A stretch of DNA of 61,214 nt, taken from the NCBI GenBank assembly GCA_034430655.1, contig DAOUEC010000177.1, positions 1-61,214 of the forward strand. Reading direction: 5' to 3'. Below the pieces are notes generated by a model that was given only the letters and a program-made list of their open reading frames with translations, did no database searches and was not told where the DNA came from. Positions 9,665 to 19,587 of the stretch are shown one piece after another (the first letter of the stretch is position 1; every line of letters begins with the position of its first letter). The position numbers and the translations under genes are program-made. This DNA comes from Anaerolineae bacterium (GTDB taxonomy: Bacteria > Chloroflexota > Anaerolineae > B4-G1).

Positions 9665-9734
9665 CAGATTGCAAATTGCAGGTTGCGAATTGCAGGTTGC
9701 GAATTGCAGATTGCGAATTGCGAATTGCGAATTC
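9665..9734. repeat. Heptanucleotide tandem array, 10 units (CGAATTG / CAGGTTG / CAGATTG)
   Basis: The ten units read cagattg caaattg caggttg cgaattg caggttg cgaattg cagattg cgaattg cgaattg cgaattc. It is intergenic. Confidence 0.95.
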
Positions 9735-9766
9735 TAAATCAAAGGAGAAATCAAAAGAGATAAAAA

Positions 9767-10426
9767 ATGCCTTTACTGGATAAGGAAACCGCAGAGCATG
9801 TCAAGCAGGAACTAGCCGACCTGGCTGGCCCGGTGCGACTGGTGATGTTCACCCAGGAGTTCGAGTGCGACTACTGCGCCGAGACACGGCAACTGGTCGA
9901 GGAGGTCGCCGGACTCTCCGACCAACTGACGGCCGAGGTCTACAACTTCGTCACCGACAAGGAGAAGGCTGAGGGGTTGGGCGTGGATAAGATCCCGGCT
10001 ATCGCCGTCGTCGGCGCAGAGAATTACGGGGTGCGTTTCTACGGCATCCCCTCCGGATACGAGTTCACCTCCCTTCTGCATGCCACCCGCATGGTGGCGG
10101 CAGAGAAGCCGGAACTGAGCGAAGAAGGGATGCAGGCGCTGGCGGAGGTGACCGAACCGGTGCACATGCAGGTCTTCGTCACTCCCACCTGCCCCTACTG
10201 TCCCAGGTCCGTGGTACTGGCTCACCAGATGGCCGTAGCCAGCCCGATGGTGCGGGCGGACATGGTCGAGGCGACGGAGTTTCCCCACCTGGCAATAAAA
10301 TACCGGGTGATGGGCGTGCCGCGCACGGTGATCAACGAGGTGGTGCACATTGAGGGAGCAGCGCCAGAGCCGATGGTGTTGGAGAATCTCCAGGAGGCGC
10401 TGGACGGCGCGGGGAGGGAGGCATGA
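9767..10426 (+). CDS. Protein-disulfide oxidoreductase, glutaredoxin-like with two thioredoxin folds
   Basis: Two CxxC sites ('CDYC' and 'CPYC'). About 220 aa. Located directly upstream of trxB and overlapping it. Confidence 0.75.
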   Translation: MPLLDKETAEHVKQELADLAGPVRLVMFTQEFECDYCAETRQLVEEVAGLSDQLTAEVYNFVTDKEKAEGLGVDKIPAIAVVGAENYGVRFYGIPSGYEFTSLLHATRMVAAEKPELSEEGMQALAEVTEPVHMQVFVTPTCPYCPRSVVLAHQMAVASPMVRADMVEATEFPHLAIKYRVMGVPRTVINEVVHIEGAAPEPMVLENLQEALDGAGREA

Positions 10427-11412
10427 TGAAGATCAAACCCCTCATTGCAACCCTGAAGCCTGAGGGTGCAGGCGGGGATGAGAGACCGATTTACGACCTG
10501 ATCATCATCGGCGGGGGGCCGGCCGGCCTCACCGCCGCCATTTATGCCGGTCGCGCCGCTCTCAAGACACTGGCGCTGACCGGCCCTGACCCCGGTGGGC
10601 AGATCTCCATCACCAATATAGTGGAGAACTTCCCTGGCTTTCCTGAAGGCATCAGTGGCGTGGAACTGGCGCAGCGTATGCAGAGCCAGGCCGCGCGCTT
10701 CGGGGCCCAGATCGTGTCTGACACCGCAACCGAGGTTGATTTCTCTACCTCGCCTCTTGTCGTTCGGACGTACTCCGCGACGTATCGAGCCCGAACGGTG
10801 ATCACCGCCACCGGGGCCGTCCCCCGTCTCCTGGGTGTGCCCGGCGAGGCGGAGTTCCTCGGTCGCGGCGTCTCCACCTGCGCCACCTGCGATGGCTTCT
10901 TCTACCAGGGCAAAAAGGTCGTGGTGGTCGGCGGAGGCGACAGCGCTATTGACGAGGGGCTGTTTCTCACCAAATTCGCCAGTGAGGTCATCGTCGTTCA
11001 TCGCCGTGACCAACTGCGGGCGACGAAGATCTACCAGGAGCGGGCCTTCGCCAACCCGAAGATGCACTTCGTGTGGGATAGTGTGGTAGAGGAGATACTG
11101 GGCGAGCAGACTGTGACCGGCGTGCGGGTGCGTAACGTGAAGACCGGGGAGACCGCAGTTATTGAGGCCGATGGCGTGTTCATCTACGTAGGGATGAAGC
11201 CGGGCACGGAACTATTTGCCGGTCAGGTCGAATTAGACGAGGCCGGCTACGTACTCGCGGGCCAACGTCAACACACCAGCGTGCCGGGGGTTTTCGCCGC
11301 GGGGGACGTGCAGAACCCCGATTTTCGCCAGGTGGTGGTCGCGGCCGGCTCTGGAGCAGTAGCGGCGGTGGAGGCAGATCGGTTCCTGGCTGAGCAGGCC
11401 CACACCGCGTGA
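10423..11412 (+). CDS. trxB: Thioredoxin-disulfide reductase
   Basis: '[19 protein letters not shown]', redox-active 'CATCDG', 'VVGGGDSA' and 'GVFAAGD'. Confidence 0.93.
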   Translation: MMKIKPLIATLKPEGAGGDERPIYDLIIIGGGPAGLTAAIYAGRAALKTLALTGPDPGGQISITNIVENFPGFPEGISGVELAQRMQSQAARFGAQIVSDTATEVDFSTSPLVVRTYSATYRARTVITATGAVPRLLGVPGEAEFLGRGVSTCATCDGFFYQGKKVVVVGGGDSAIDEGLFLTKFASEVIVVHRRDQLRATKIYQERAFANPKMHFVWDSVVEEILGEQTVTGVRVRNVKTGETAVIEADGVFIYVGMKPGTELFAGQVELDEAGYVLAGQRQHTSVPGVFAAGDVQNPDFRQVVVAAGSGAVAAVEADRFLAEQAHTA

Positions 11413-11552
11413 GAAGACATAGATGAACCTATGGCCGCCTTGCCTGCGTGCCGGCCTGCCCGTTTGAAGCCATCGTGGCATAACCCGCGTTTGGCCACTT
11501 TCGCAGCAGCGTGTATAATCTAAGGATCAGGCCCGATGTCGGGGGGGGGCAG

Positions 11553-11864
11553 ATGGCAGACAACACAGAGTGGCAAGAGGAACAGTTAATCGAACAACTG
11601 GAGCATCTAGCCGCTGTCACCAAAGCATTGACTCAAGAGGTCGAGCAATTGCAGCAGTGGCATCCTTTGGCGGGCGGCCTGCGCCACCTTCTCTGGCGCA
11701 GTTTTCTCCAGGGGATAGCAAGCGGGCTGGGCCGGGCGGTGGGGGCGACGGTGGTGCTGGCATTGCTGGTGTGGCTGTTGGGGCAGCTGGAGGTGGTGCC
11801 GGTGCTGGGTGCGTGGATCGTGCGGCTGGCAGAGACGATACAGGAAGCCCAGCAGGGGTTTTGA
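11553..11864 (+). CDS. Small membrane protein, function unknown
   Basis: An acidic coiled N-terminus followed by hydrophobic stretches ('GATVVLALLVWLLGQL'). Start set to ATG 11553. Confidence 0.5.
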   Translation: MADNTEWQEEQLIEQLEHLAAVTKALTQEVEQLQQWHPLAGGLRHLLWRSFLQGIASGLGRAVGATVVLALLVWLLGQLEVVPVLGAWIVRLAETIQEAQQGF

Positions 11865-11903
11865 GGACCACTGGGATGCCGGGTCGAGAAATAGGAGGTA
11901 GGT

Positions 11904-12236
11904 ATGCTGAACAGAGACTATCGTGAGGTGCAGGCGGAGATCGCTGGGGAAGGGATCACCATCCGCTGGGTCATCGGGCAGCCGGAGGGCGCACCCAACT
12001 TCGCCATGCGGGTGATCGAGTTCCAGCCGGGGGCGATCTTCGCCCGCCACCAGCATCCCTACGAGCACGAGATCTTCGTGCTGGAGGGGGAAGGGGTGGC
12101 GGAAGGGCCGGAGGGAGAGATGCCTATGCGCCCCGGCACTGCTCTCTACGTCCCCCCCGACGAGCCCCACGGCTACCGGAACACGGGGGCAGGGGCACTG
12201 CGCTTCGTCTGTGTCATCCCACACCCGCAGGAGTGA
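11904..12236 (+). CDS. Cupin domain protein
   Basis: 'ARHQHPYEHEIFVLEGEG' and 'PPDEPHGYRN' form the two-motif cupin signature. Confidence 0.8.
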   Translation: MLNRDYREVQAEIAGEGITIRWVIGQPEGAPNFAMRVIEFQPGAIFARHQHPYEHEIFVLEGEGVAEGPEGEMPMRPGTALYVPPDEPHGYRNTGAGALRFVCVIPHPQE

Positions 12237-12386
12237 TGCGGCACACAATACGTAGCGCGTTGCGTGAGGACGTGGGGAGAGGAAGGCCCGCCTGTCCAAG
12301 CACTCAGTCCCTCCGGCGATGCCCATCGAACTGGAGGAACTGGAGGAGGAGTTGGAGCGGATACGGGCGGCGCAGGAGGACTCACA

Positions 12387-12917
12387 ATGACCATTGCATC
12401 TTTCGAGGGCAAGACCCCGCGCATCGGCACTGGCACCTACGTCCATCCCTCCGCTGACGTCTTCGGCGACGTGACCCTCGGCGAGGGCTGCTGGATCGGG
12501 CCGGGGGCGCGCATCCGGGGCGACTACGGCACCATCGTCCTCGGCGACCATTGCAGTGTTGAGGACAATTGCGTCATCCACGCCCGTCCAGGTGAGCAGA
12601 CGAGCATCGGTAACTGGGTCACCATCGGCCACGGCTCGGTCATCCACAACGTGCAGATGATCCACGACTACGCCATCATCGGCATGGGGGCAGTGGTCTC
12701 CGACTGGGCAGTCATCGGCGAGTGGGCGGTGGTGGGCGAGGGAGCGGTAGTGCGGGCCCGGCAGGAGATCCCGCCGGAGCACATCGCCGTGGGGGTGCCG
12801 GCCAAGGTGTTGGAGAAGACGGTGAGCGAGGAATACAAGGCCCAGTGGACCCGCTTCAAGCAGACCTACGTGGACCTGGCGCGGCGGTATCCGACCGGCT
12901 GGGTGCCGGAGAAGTGA
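12387..12917 (+). CDS. Gamma-carbonic-anhydrase-like / hexapeptide-repeat protein
   Basis: Left-handed beta-helix repeats ('VHPSADVFGDVTLGEGCWIGPGARIRGD...'). Start ATG 12387, with AGGAGG upstream. Confidence 0.8.
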   Translation: MTIASFEGKTPRIGTGTYVHPSADVFGDVTLGEGCWIGPGARIRGDYGTIVLGDHCSVEDNCVIHARPGEQTSIGNWVTIGHGSVIHNVQMIHDYAIIGMGAVVSDWAVIGEWAVVGEGAVVRARQEIPPEHIAVGVPAKVLEKTVSEEYKAQWTRFKQTYVDLARRYPTGWVPEK

Positions 12918-12919
12918 CG

Positions 12920-13765
12920 ATGCAACTGGGCGCTCACGAATCCATCGCCGGCGGGCTGCACAAAGCGTTCGACCGCGCCCGGTCGGTGGGCTGCGAGGCG
13001 GTGCAGATCTTCGTCAAGTCCAACCGCTCCTGGGCGGTGAAGCCGCTGACCGAAAAGGAGATTACCGTCTTCAAGGCGAAGGCCGAGGAGACCGGCATCC
13101 AGCCGGTGGTGGCCCACACCTCTTACCTGCTCAACCTGGGCACGCCCGACGACGCGCTGTGGGCGAAGTCCCGCGACACGCTCACCGTCGAACTGGAGCG
13201 GTGCGAGGCGCTGGGAGTGCCCTGGCTGGTGCTCCATCCGGGCTCGCACGTAGGCACGGGGGAGGAAGCGGGGTTGGCGCGGGTGGCGCAGGCGCTGGGG
13301 GAAGTTCACGCCGCCACCCCTGGCTTCTGCGCACAGATTATCCTGGAGACCACCGCCGGACAGGGCACCAACCTGGGCTACCGCTTTGAGCACCTGGCCT
13401 GGCTGCTGGAGCGCACGCCGCAGGGGGAGCGGCTGGGGATCTGTCTCGATACCTGCCACGTCTTCGCTGCTGGCTACGAACTGCGCACGCCGGAGGGGTA
13501 CGAAGCGACGATGGAGGAGTTCGATCACATCATCGGCCTGGAGCGACTCAAGGCACTGCACCTCAATGACAGCAAGCATGACCTGGGTAGCCGGAAAGAC
13601 CGGCACGAGCACATCGGGAAGGGACATATTGGCCTGGAGGGATTCCGCCACGTGCTGAACGACGCTCGCCTGGCGGGGCTGCCGGGCCTGCTGGAGACAT
13701 CCAAGAGCGACGACCTGCACGAGGATAGGGAGAACCTGGTTGTGTTGCGGTCGTTAGTCGTATGA
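12920..13765 (+). CDS. nfo: Deoxyribonuclease IV (endonuclease IV)
   Basis: 'MQLGAHESIAGGL...QIFVKSNRSW...LVLHPGSH...LETTAGQG...CLDTCH...HLNDS' is the AP-endonuclease family 2 signature. Confidence 0.92.
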   Translation: MQLGAHESIAGGLHKAFDRARSVGCEAVQIFVKSNRSWAVKPLTEKEITVFKAKAEETGIQPVVAHTSYLLNLGTPDDALWAKSRDTLTVELERCEALGVPWLVLHPGSHVGTGEEAGLARVAQALGEVHAATPGFCAQIILETTAGQGTNLGYRFEHLAWLLERTPQGERLGICLDTCHVFAAGYELRTPEGYEATMEEFDHIIGLERLKALHLNDSKHDLGSRKDRHEHIGKGHIGLEGFRHVLNDARLAGLPGLLETSKSDDLHEDRENLVVLRSLVV

Positions 13766-14412
13766 GCATCTTCGACGACGTCTCTTCCACATACGACTGG
13801 GGCATGCAGCCGCTGGAATGGCTGATCCTCCGGCGGCTGCGGCGGCGGACGTTCCCCCTACTCCGCGGTGATGTGCTTGAGTTGGGAATCGGCACGGGTG
13901 TCAACCTGCCACTCTATGAGCCGGAGGCCCGCGTGACCGGTTGCGATGCCAGCGGGGAGATGTTGGCGTGGGCGGCCCGCCGCCATCCGCAGGCTCCCGT
14001 GACGCTGGTTCAGGCTGACGCTCAGCGCTTACCCTTCACCGACGGCAGTTTCGACGTGGTGACGGCCTCGCTGGTGTTCTGCTCCGTCGCTGACCCGGCA
14101 CAAGGACTGGCCGAATCGCGGCGCGTGCTTCGGCCTGGCGGGCGACTGGTGTTGCTGGAGCACACTCGGGGCAATGGCCTGGGGGCCTGGCTGATGGACG
14201 CTTTTCACCCGCTGTGGCACGCCTGGAGCCGGGAGTGTCACCTGAACCGGGAGACGACGCGGGCTGTGGCAGAAGTAGGGTTCGAAGTACAGCGCGTGGA
14301 GCAGCATGTACTGGGAATCGTGCGAGTGATCGAGGCCACTCCAACACCTGAAGCCCGTGCCTCCTGGTCAAGCCCGTCGTGGACGGGCTCCAACGGGAGG
14401 AGTTGTGGCTGA
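13762..14412 (+). CDS. Class I SAM-dependent methyltransferase
   Basis: 'VLELGIGTGVN' motif I and 'LRPGGRLVLLEH'. ATGA overlap with the nfo stop. Confidence 0.8.
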   Translation: MSIFDDVSSTYDWGMQPLEWLILRRLRRRTFPLLRGDVLELGIGTGVNLPLYEPEARVTGCDASGEMLAWAARRHPQAPVTLVQADAQRLPFTDGSFDVVTASLVFCSVADPAQGLAESRRVLRPGGRLVLLEHTRGNGLGAWLMDAFHPLWHAWSRECHLNRETTRAVAEVGFEVQRVEQHVLGIVRVIEATPTPEARASWSSPSWTGSNGRSCG

Positions 14413-14476
14413 ACATGATGAATGTCGTGGGCGGAAAACTGGCGATACGTTACAGCGTGTAGGGCGTACCCCGCGC

Positions 14477-15457
14477 CTACGGCAGGTAGACGTGGGGGTC
14501 CACCGGGCGGCCCTGGTAGCGCAACTCGAAGTGCAGGTGCGGGCCGGTGGAGTAGCCGGTGCTGCCTGCGCCCCCCAGGAGTTCCCCCTGCCGCACCTCC
14601 TGCCCGACCTCGACTACGATCTCCGAAAGGTGGGCATAGTAGGAGCGCCAGTCGTTGCCGTGATCCACGATGACCAGGTTGCCGTAGCCGCCTCCCCACT
14701 CGGCGAAAACCACCACGCCGTCCGCCACCGTGACGATGGGATCCCACATCCGGGCAGCGATGTCGAGACCGATGTGGCTGGGCTTGCGTGGATCGCGGAA
14801 CGTCCAGCCGGAGATCTCGCGCCGCGTGGTGGGCCACTGGAACAGCCCTTGAGCGGCAGTGGCGACGTGGCTGCTGGGGGCTGCCACAGTCGGCTGTGGA
14901 GGCGGGGGCACCCCAGGCGTGACCGGCGCGGGTGCACCCGAGAGGGTGAGCAGAAGGGAGTAACGGCCCGGCGCGCCAGAGACCGGCACCACCTGGATGC
15001 GGTAGAGGCCGGTGATTGGCAGGTGTGGCTCGACCAAGTAGGGAAGCAGGAACGCCGAGCCCGCTTCGCTTGCCAGCACGCTCCCGTCGGGCCCGATCAG
15101 GTGGACGGCCAGTTCGGCCTCCACGCTGGAGCCGGAGCCGGGATGGAGCCACATTTCGATGGTGGCGGACTGTCCGGCGCGGCCCCGAAACTGCCATTCA
15201 TCCCCGGCCTCCGCGCCCAGCGTCCCGTCCACGGGCTCACCGGGCATGAGCCAGGCAGCGGCCTGCGCCGGGACCTGCGTTTCGCTGGGAAGCGCCAGGG
15301 GCGATTCTGTCCAGCCACGCGCCAGGGACGGCTCCATCCAGCGGCGCGACAGTCCTGCTCCGGTCAGGTAGGCCGCCGCCGCAAGCACGGCCGCCAGCGC
15401 CATCCACATCAATAGCGAAAGGGGGCCTCTACCGCCCCCAGTTGGCTTCGTCTCCAT
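14477..15457 (-). CDS. M23-family metallopeptidase (secreted or membrane-anchored)
   Basis: 'HIGLDIAA', 'DHGNDWRSYYAHL' and 'GYSTGPHLHFELR'. N-terminal hydrophobic anchor. Confidence 0.88.
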   Translation of the reverse strand: METKPTGGGRGPLSLLMWMALAAVLAAAAYLTGAGLSRRWMEPSLARGWTESPLALPSETQVPAQAAAWLMPGEPVDGTLGAEAGDEWQFRGRAGQSATIEMWLHPGSGSSVEAELAVHLIGPDGSVLASEAGSAFLLPYLVEPHLPITGLYRIQVVPVSGAPGRYSLLLTLSGAPAPVTPGVPPPPQPTVAAPSSHVATAAQGLFQWPTTRREISGWTFRDPRKPSHIGLDIAARMWDPIVTVADGVVVFAEWGGGYGNLVIVDHGNDWRSYYAHLSEIVVEVGQEVRQGELLGGAGSTGYSTGPHLHFELRYQGRPVDPHVYLP

Positions 15458-15460
15458 TCC

Positions 15461-16903
15461 TTACCGCTGCACCACCCGGCCTTGCATATCCGGCGGCACC
15501 GGTACCCCCAGCAGATCCAGCACCGTGGGAGCCACGTCCATCAGTTGCATCCTCTCCACGTACTGGCCGCCGTGGTCCCGGCGCGGATCCCAGAGAATAA
15601 GGACGCCGTCTTGATCGTGGTTGGCATCGTCTGGCCCGAGGTCGTTCTCGAAGGTGTAAAGATCGGGCAGGCCGAAGGAACCCAGCGACCGCCAGCGCAG
15701 GTTGCCGAAGTAGACCATCAGGTCGGGGGCGACGTTGCGCACCTCCCGGTACAGTTCCTCCGGCTTGAAGGCCACAGAGCCCATGGGCTTGCCTTCGTGA
15801 TCGGGCAGGGCCTCGATCATCTCCTTGATCTCGTCTCGCACCTTCTCGTAGTCGCGAGCGGGAATCTTGCCCTGGGGTTCGCGCCCCTCGACGTTCAGAA
15901 ACACACGGGCGTAGTAGCCGCCAGCCCCCCAGGCGGTGGTCTTCTCCCAGTCCACCTCCACCTTCTCGAAGGGGACCAGCCCCTCGTAGCGGGGTTCCTC
16001 CTTCAGCACCAGCAGCCCCTCCCGCCGGAGCCACTCGTTAATGGCGAAGCCCCCCTCCATCGCTTTGGCCCCGTGGTCAGAGACGACCAGCACGACAGTA
16101 TCGTCGTCCAGCATTCCCAGAATCTCACCGATCTCCCGATCCAGGTAACGGTAGTAATCCGGGATGGCGTTCTGGTAAGGATTGCCCGGCTCGTGCTTGG
16201 GATGGTCGGGGTCCCAAAACTTCCACATCCCGTGGTGGATGCGGTCCAGGCCGATCTCCACGAACATGAAGAAGTCCCACGGTTTCTCCCGCAGGAGGTA
16301 CTTGATGACGGCGAACCGCTTCTGGGTCATCTCTTGGATCTGCCGCAGGAGAAAGTCTTTGTCATCGGTGCGGAACTGGGGTACATCCACGTCGTAAGGG
16401 CGACCATCGAGCACCCGGTCAATCTCGTAGCGCAGTTCGTGGGGGTGCGTGTATTGCCGCTCGGTGCTGGGCGTTAGGAAACTGCTGATCAGGTGGCCAT
16501 TGAGCGGCTTGATGGGGTAGGTCTGCGGCACGCCGACGACGACGGAGGTTTTGCCGGTCTCGCTCAGGATGTCCCAGACCCGCTTTTCATGGATGGCGTT
16601 GGCGGTGGCGATGGTCATGCGGTCGTAAGAATGGTCAGCCCGGTTGCGGAAGCCGTAGAAGCCCAGCGTGCCAGGATCCTTGCTGGAGAGCATCGAGCAC
16701 CAGGCCGGGACAGTGATGCAGGGGATGGAACTGGAAAGCGGCCCGTACAGCCCCGCGTCAATGAGGCGGCTCAGGTTAGGCAGTTGGTCCTTCAGGCCGA
16801 GGCTGCCCTCATTGCTCTTGTGAAATAGCACCGCCGGCGGGGCGCAATCGAGCCCCACTACGAGAACCTTGCGGTGCTTGCGACGAGAGAAGAACCTAAG
16901 CAT
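15461..16903 (-). CDS. Alkaline-phosphatase superfamily protein (type I phosphodiesterase / nucleotide pyrophosphatase-like)
   Basis: 'VLVVGLDCAPP' and 'VVLVVSDHGA' fit the AP-superfamily metal and nucleophile regions. Confidence 0.7.
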   Translation of the reverse strand: MLRFFSRRKHRKVLVVGLDCAPPAVLFHKSNEGSLGLKDQLPNLSRLIDAGLYGPLSSSIPCITVPAWCSMLSSKDPGTLGFYGFRNRADHSYDRMTIATANAIHEKRVWDILSETGKTSVVVGVPQTYPIKPLNGHLISSFLTPSTERQYTHPHELRYEIDRVLDGRPYDVDVPQFRTDDKDFLLRQIQEMTQKRFAVIKYLLREKPWDFFMFVEIGLDRIHHGMWKFWDPDHPKHEPGNPYQNAIPDYYRYLDREIGEILGMLDDDTVVLVVSDHGAKAMEGGFAINEWLRREGLLVLKEEPRYEGLVPFEKVEVDWEKTTAWGAGGYYARVFLNVEGREPQGKIPARDYEKVRDEIKEMIEALPDHEGKPMGSVAFKPEELYREVRNVAPDLMVYFGNLRWRSLGSFGLPDLYTFENDLGPDDANHDQDGVLILWDPRRDHGGQYVERMQLMDVAPTVLDLLGVPVPPDMQGRVVQR

Positions 16904-16923
16904 GTGTTGTCCTTTCCAAGTCT

Positions 16924-16991
16924 AGGTTACAGGTTACAAGTTCCAGGTTTCAGGCTGATCAACTTGTAACTTGAAACCTGGAACCTGAACC
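16924..16991. repeat. Two heptamer arrays (AGGTTAC / AGGTTTC family) in inverted orientation, forming a hairpin
   Basis: The left arm reads aggttac aggttac aagttcc aggtttc. The right arm reads aacttgt aacttga aacctgg aacctga. The element fills the whole sat / AP-family intergenic gap and may act as the sat terminator. Confidence 0.85.
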
Positions 16992-16993
16992 AC

Positions 16994-18205
16994 TCACTTC
17001 CGACGCTTCACCCCCTCCAGCAGCACGCGGGCGACCTCGGGGCGGGTGAACTCCTCCGGAAGCATCTCGCCCCGCTCTAGCATTTCGCGCACCTGGGTGC
17101 CGCTGAGGAAAATGCGATCCTCCGGGCCGTGGGGGCAGGTCTTGGCGGAGACGATCCCGCCACACTTGCGGCAGTAGAAAGCGTGCTCGAACCTGAGCGG
17201 GATGATGCCGATGTCCTCAGGCGGGAACTGGTCGAAGATGTTCTGAGCGTCGTAGGTACCGTAGTACTTGCCCACACCGGCGTGGTCGCGCCCCACGATG
17301 AAGTGGGTGCAGCCGTAGTTCTTGCGGGCGATGGCGTGGAAGATGGCCTCGCGGGGGCCGGCGTAGCGCATGGCGGCGGGGAACACGCCCAGGATGACCC
17401 GCTCGGCGGGGTAGTAGTCCCGCAGGATGGTCCGGTAGGAGGCGATGCGCACGTCGGCGGGGATGTCGTCCTTCTTGGTCTCGCCGACTAAGGGATGGAG
17501 GAAAAGGCCATCCACGATCTCCAACGCCGTCTTCTGGATGTACTCGTGAGCGCGGTGAATGGGATTGCGGGTTTGGAAGCCCACGACGCTCCGCCAGCCC
17601 CGCCGGGCGAACATGCGCCGGGTCTCGGCCGGGGTGTGGCGCAGTTCGGGGAACTCGGTCTTGACGGCGCTGGGCCAGTCCACCAGCCAGACGTCGCCGC
17701 CCAGGAGAACACCTCCCTGCCGGTAGAGCCGGGCCACGCCGGGGTGGGCCTCGTCGGTGGTGCGGTAGACCTCGCGGGCCTCCCGTTCCTTGGCCTGCTG
17801 GTCGTAGGGGTACTTCTCCGCCACCTCCATCACGGCCAGAACCCGCTCTCCCCCTGGCCTGAGCGCTGTCGAAGGCTCGCAGAGGGCCACCTCCTGCCCT
17901 TCCCGGATACGGTCGCTCAGGTTCTTCTCCACGGCCAGGGTGACAGGGATGGACCAGAGCAGGCCGTTGGTCAGGCGCATCTCCTCGACGCAGCGGTCGT
18001 AGTCGGCCTTGCGCATGAAGCCAGTGAGGGGGCTGAGGGCGCCAGTGGCCAGAAGTTCCAGGTCGGAGAGGCCCATCTGGCCCAGCGGGACCTTGACCAG
18101 TTGTTCAGCCCGCTCCCGCACCGCCTCCCGCACCTCACCGCGCAGGACGCGGTCCACCAGCGTGCCGCCGTGGGGGCGAATGACGTCGTAGTAGGGCTCG
18201 CTCAA
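16994..18205 (-). CDS. sat: Sulfate adenylyltransferase (ATP sulfurylase)
   Basis: '[15 protein letters not shown]' and 'GRDHAGVG'. TTG start 18205, with AAGGAG upstream. Confidence 0.93.
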   Translation of the reverse strand: MSEPYYDVIRPHGGTLVDRVLRGEVREAVRERAEQLVKVPLGQMGLSDLELLATGALSPLTGFMRKADYDRCVEEMRLTNGLLWSIPVTLAVEKNLSDRIREGQEVALCEPSTALRPGGERVLAVMEVAEKYPYDQQAKEREAREVYRTTDEAHPGVARLYRQGGVLLGGDVWLVDWPSAVKTEFPELRHTPAETRRMFARRGWRSVVGFQTRNPIHRAHEYIQKTALEIVDGLFLHPLVGETKKDDIPADVRIASYRTILRDYYPAERVILGVFPAAMRYAGPREAIFHAIARKNYGCTHFIVGRDHAGVGKYYGTYDAQNIFDQFPPEDIGIIPLRFEHAFYCRKCGGIVSAKTCPHGPEDRIFLSGTQVREMLERGEMLPEEFTRPEVARVLLEGVKRRK

Positions 18206-18253
18206 CTGTTTGCTCCTTTGCTCTGTGCAGTTTTCATAATAGAGGCCAGGGAG

Positions 18254-18281
18254 ATTGTACCACGCTGGCGGGGGGTGTCAA
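18254..18281 (-). promoter_or_regulatory. Sigma-70-type promoter of sat (TTGACA-16 nt-TGgTACAAT)
   Basis: On the minus strand, TTGACA is at 18281..18276 and the extended -10 TGGTACAAT at 18262..18254, about 50 nt upstream of the start. Confidence 0.55.
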
Positions 18282-18546
18282 GGAGATGGCGCAGGTGGGT
18301 CTGTTGATGCCTTCATTGGTACAATAGTTAAGGTAGTCTATGCCGCTGCTTCGACAGGGCAACGATGGTCATTATGCGCTCAGCAAAATGACTTCCTGCC
18401 TAGCCTGGAGTACCGAAGCTACTCCTGCGCCAAAGCACGCCGGCACAGATCTGCCGTCCGGCCAAGGAGTGCTTCCCGAACGACTACGTTCAGCCGAGTC
18501 GCCTGACTATCGTAGCACACTTCTGTTCACATAGCGTTAAAGGAAT

Positions 18547-18882
18547 GTGAAGCATTCGCTAGAATCCACTACCTCAGGCAGTCTGGTGCCGGAGGCGCTG
18601 CGCGTGCTGGAGCGAGGCGACACACTGGCGCTGGCTGGCGTCACGATGACCCCCATCCCCAAGTTGGATTACGACCGGCTGCTCTACTGGGAGCGGACGG
18701 TGCGCAGCGTGGCCAACTTCACCCGGCAGGACGCAGAGGAACTGCTGCAAGCGGCAGCCGAAATCCCCATCCACACCACGGTGCAGACCTTCCCGCTGGA
18801 AGCGGCTAACGAGGCGCTCCTGGCCCTCAAGCGGAGCGAGATTGACGGGACGGGGGTGTTGATGGTGGACTGCAAGGCGTGA
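18547..18882 (+). pseudogene. Truncated zinc-type alcohol dehydrogenase (C-terminal third only)
   Basis: Only the C-terminal region is present ('LERGDTLALAGV...VQTFPLEAANEALLALKRSEIDGTGVLM'). The roughly 230-aa catalytic and nucleotide-binding N-terminal part is absent, and the only start is a GTG. Confidence 0.7.
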
Positions 18883-19009
18883 GGCGGCCCGCTGCTGCCC
18901 GCTCAGACGGGCGATGGGGTCAGCAGATGCAGGGGAGCAACTTCCCCAAGGGCATGTCCACCACCCGCCAACCGCCGATGGCGGTGCGGGCCAGAGCCAT
19001 CCCCAGTGA

Positions 19010-19066
19010 GCAGTCTAGCGCCGGAGGCGCTGCGGTGCTGGGACGGGGCGGCACGCTGGCGCTGAG
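19010..19066 (+). pseudogene. Second, degenerate copy of the same alcohol dehydrogenase (ADH) fragment
   Basis: 19010..19066 (gcagtctagcgccggaggcgctgcggtgctgggacgg...) is a near-repeat of 18578..18636. It contains indels and has no intact frame. Confidence 0.55.
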
Positions 19067-19118
19067 GGAACGCGAAGCCCCCCCGCTGAGAGGGCACAAG
19101 GGCGCGACAATCGCGCTC

Positions 19119-19568
19119 CTACAGGGCTGAGAAAGCGCCGGGCCAGGCTTCGCACGCTGACTGCATCGTTTTCTGCAAGGGCGGCAGTGCGCGCAGCCCC
19201 TCTGTGAACTCCCGTACCGTCTCGGCAAAGAGTTCCCCCTCCGATGCGGAGATCCACTTCACCAGGAAGCGCTCCGGCTCGATGCCAGTGAACTCAAGAA
19301 GGGCTTTGAGGACCGGCATGCGGCGGGCGGTGCGGTGATTGCCAGTGCTGTAGTGACAATCGCCGATGTGACAGCCCAGCACCATCACGCCGTCCGCCCC
19401 TTCCCGGAATGTGCGGATCATCAGTTCAGGCGAAATGCGCCCGGAGCAAGGGACGCGGATAATCTTGAGATTGGGCGGGTACTTCAGCCGGCTCATTCCC
19501 GCCAGGTCCGCCCCAGCGTAACTGCACCAGTTGCACAGGAAACCGATGATCTTGGGTTCGTAGGCCAT
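19119..19568 (-). CDS. mvhD: MvhD-like hydrogenase iron-sulfur subunit (FlxD-like)
   Basis: 'KIIGFLCNWCSYAGADLAG...IRVPCSGR...GADGVMVLGCHIGDCHY'. Confidence 0.9.
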   Translation of the reverse strand: MAYEPKIIGFLCNWCSYAGADLAGMSRLKYPPNLKIIRVPCSGRISPELMIRTFREGADGVMVLGCHIGDCHYSTGNHRTARRMPVLKALLEFTGIEPERFLVKWISASEGELFAETVREFTEGLRALPPLQKTMQSACEAWPGAFSAL

Positions 19569-19587
19569 TGCTCCTCACTTTCCGAAT

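Noticed and set aside
9665-9734. Possibility that the tandem repeats (here and at 40959..41024 and 41946..42085) are CRISPR arrays.
   Set aside because: The units are only 7 or 11 nt, directly abutting, with no unique spacers. No cas genes are present in the window.
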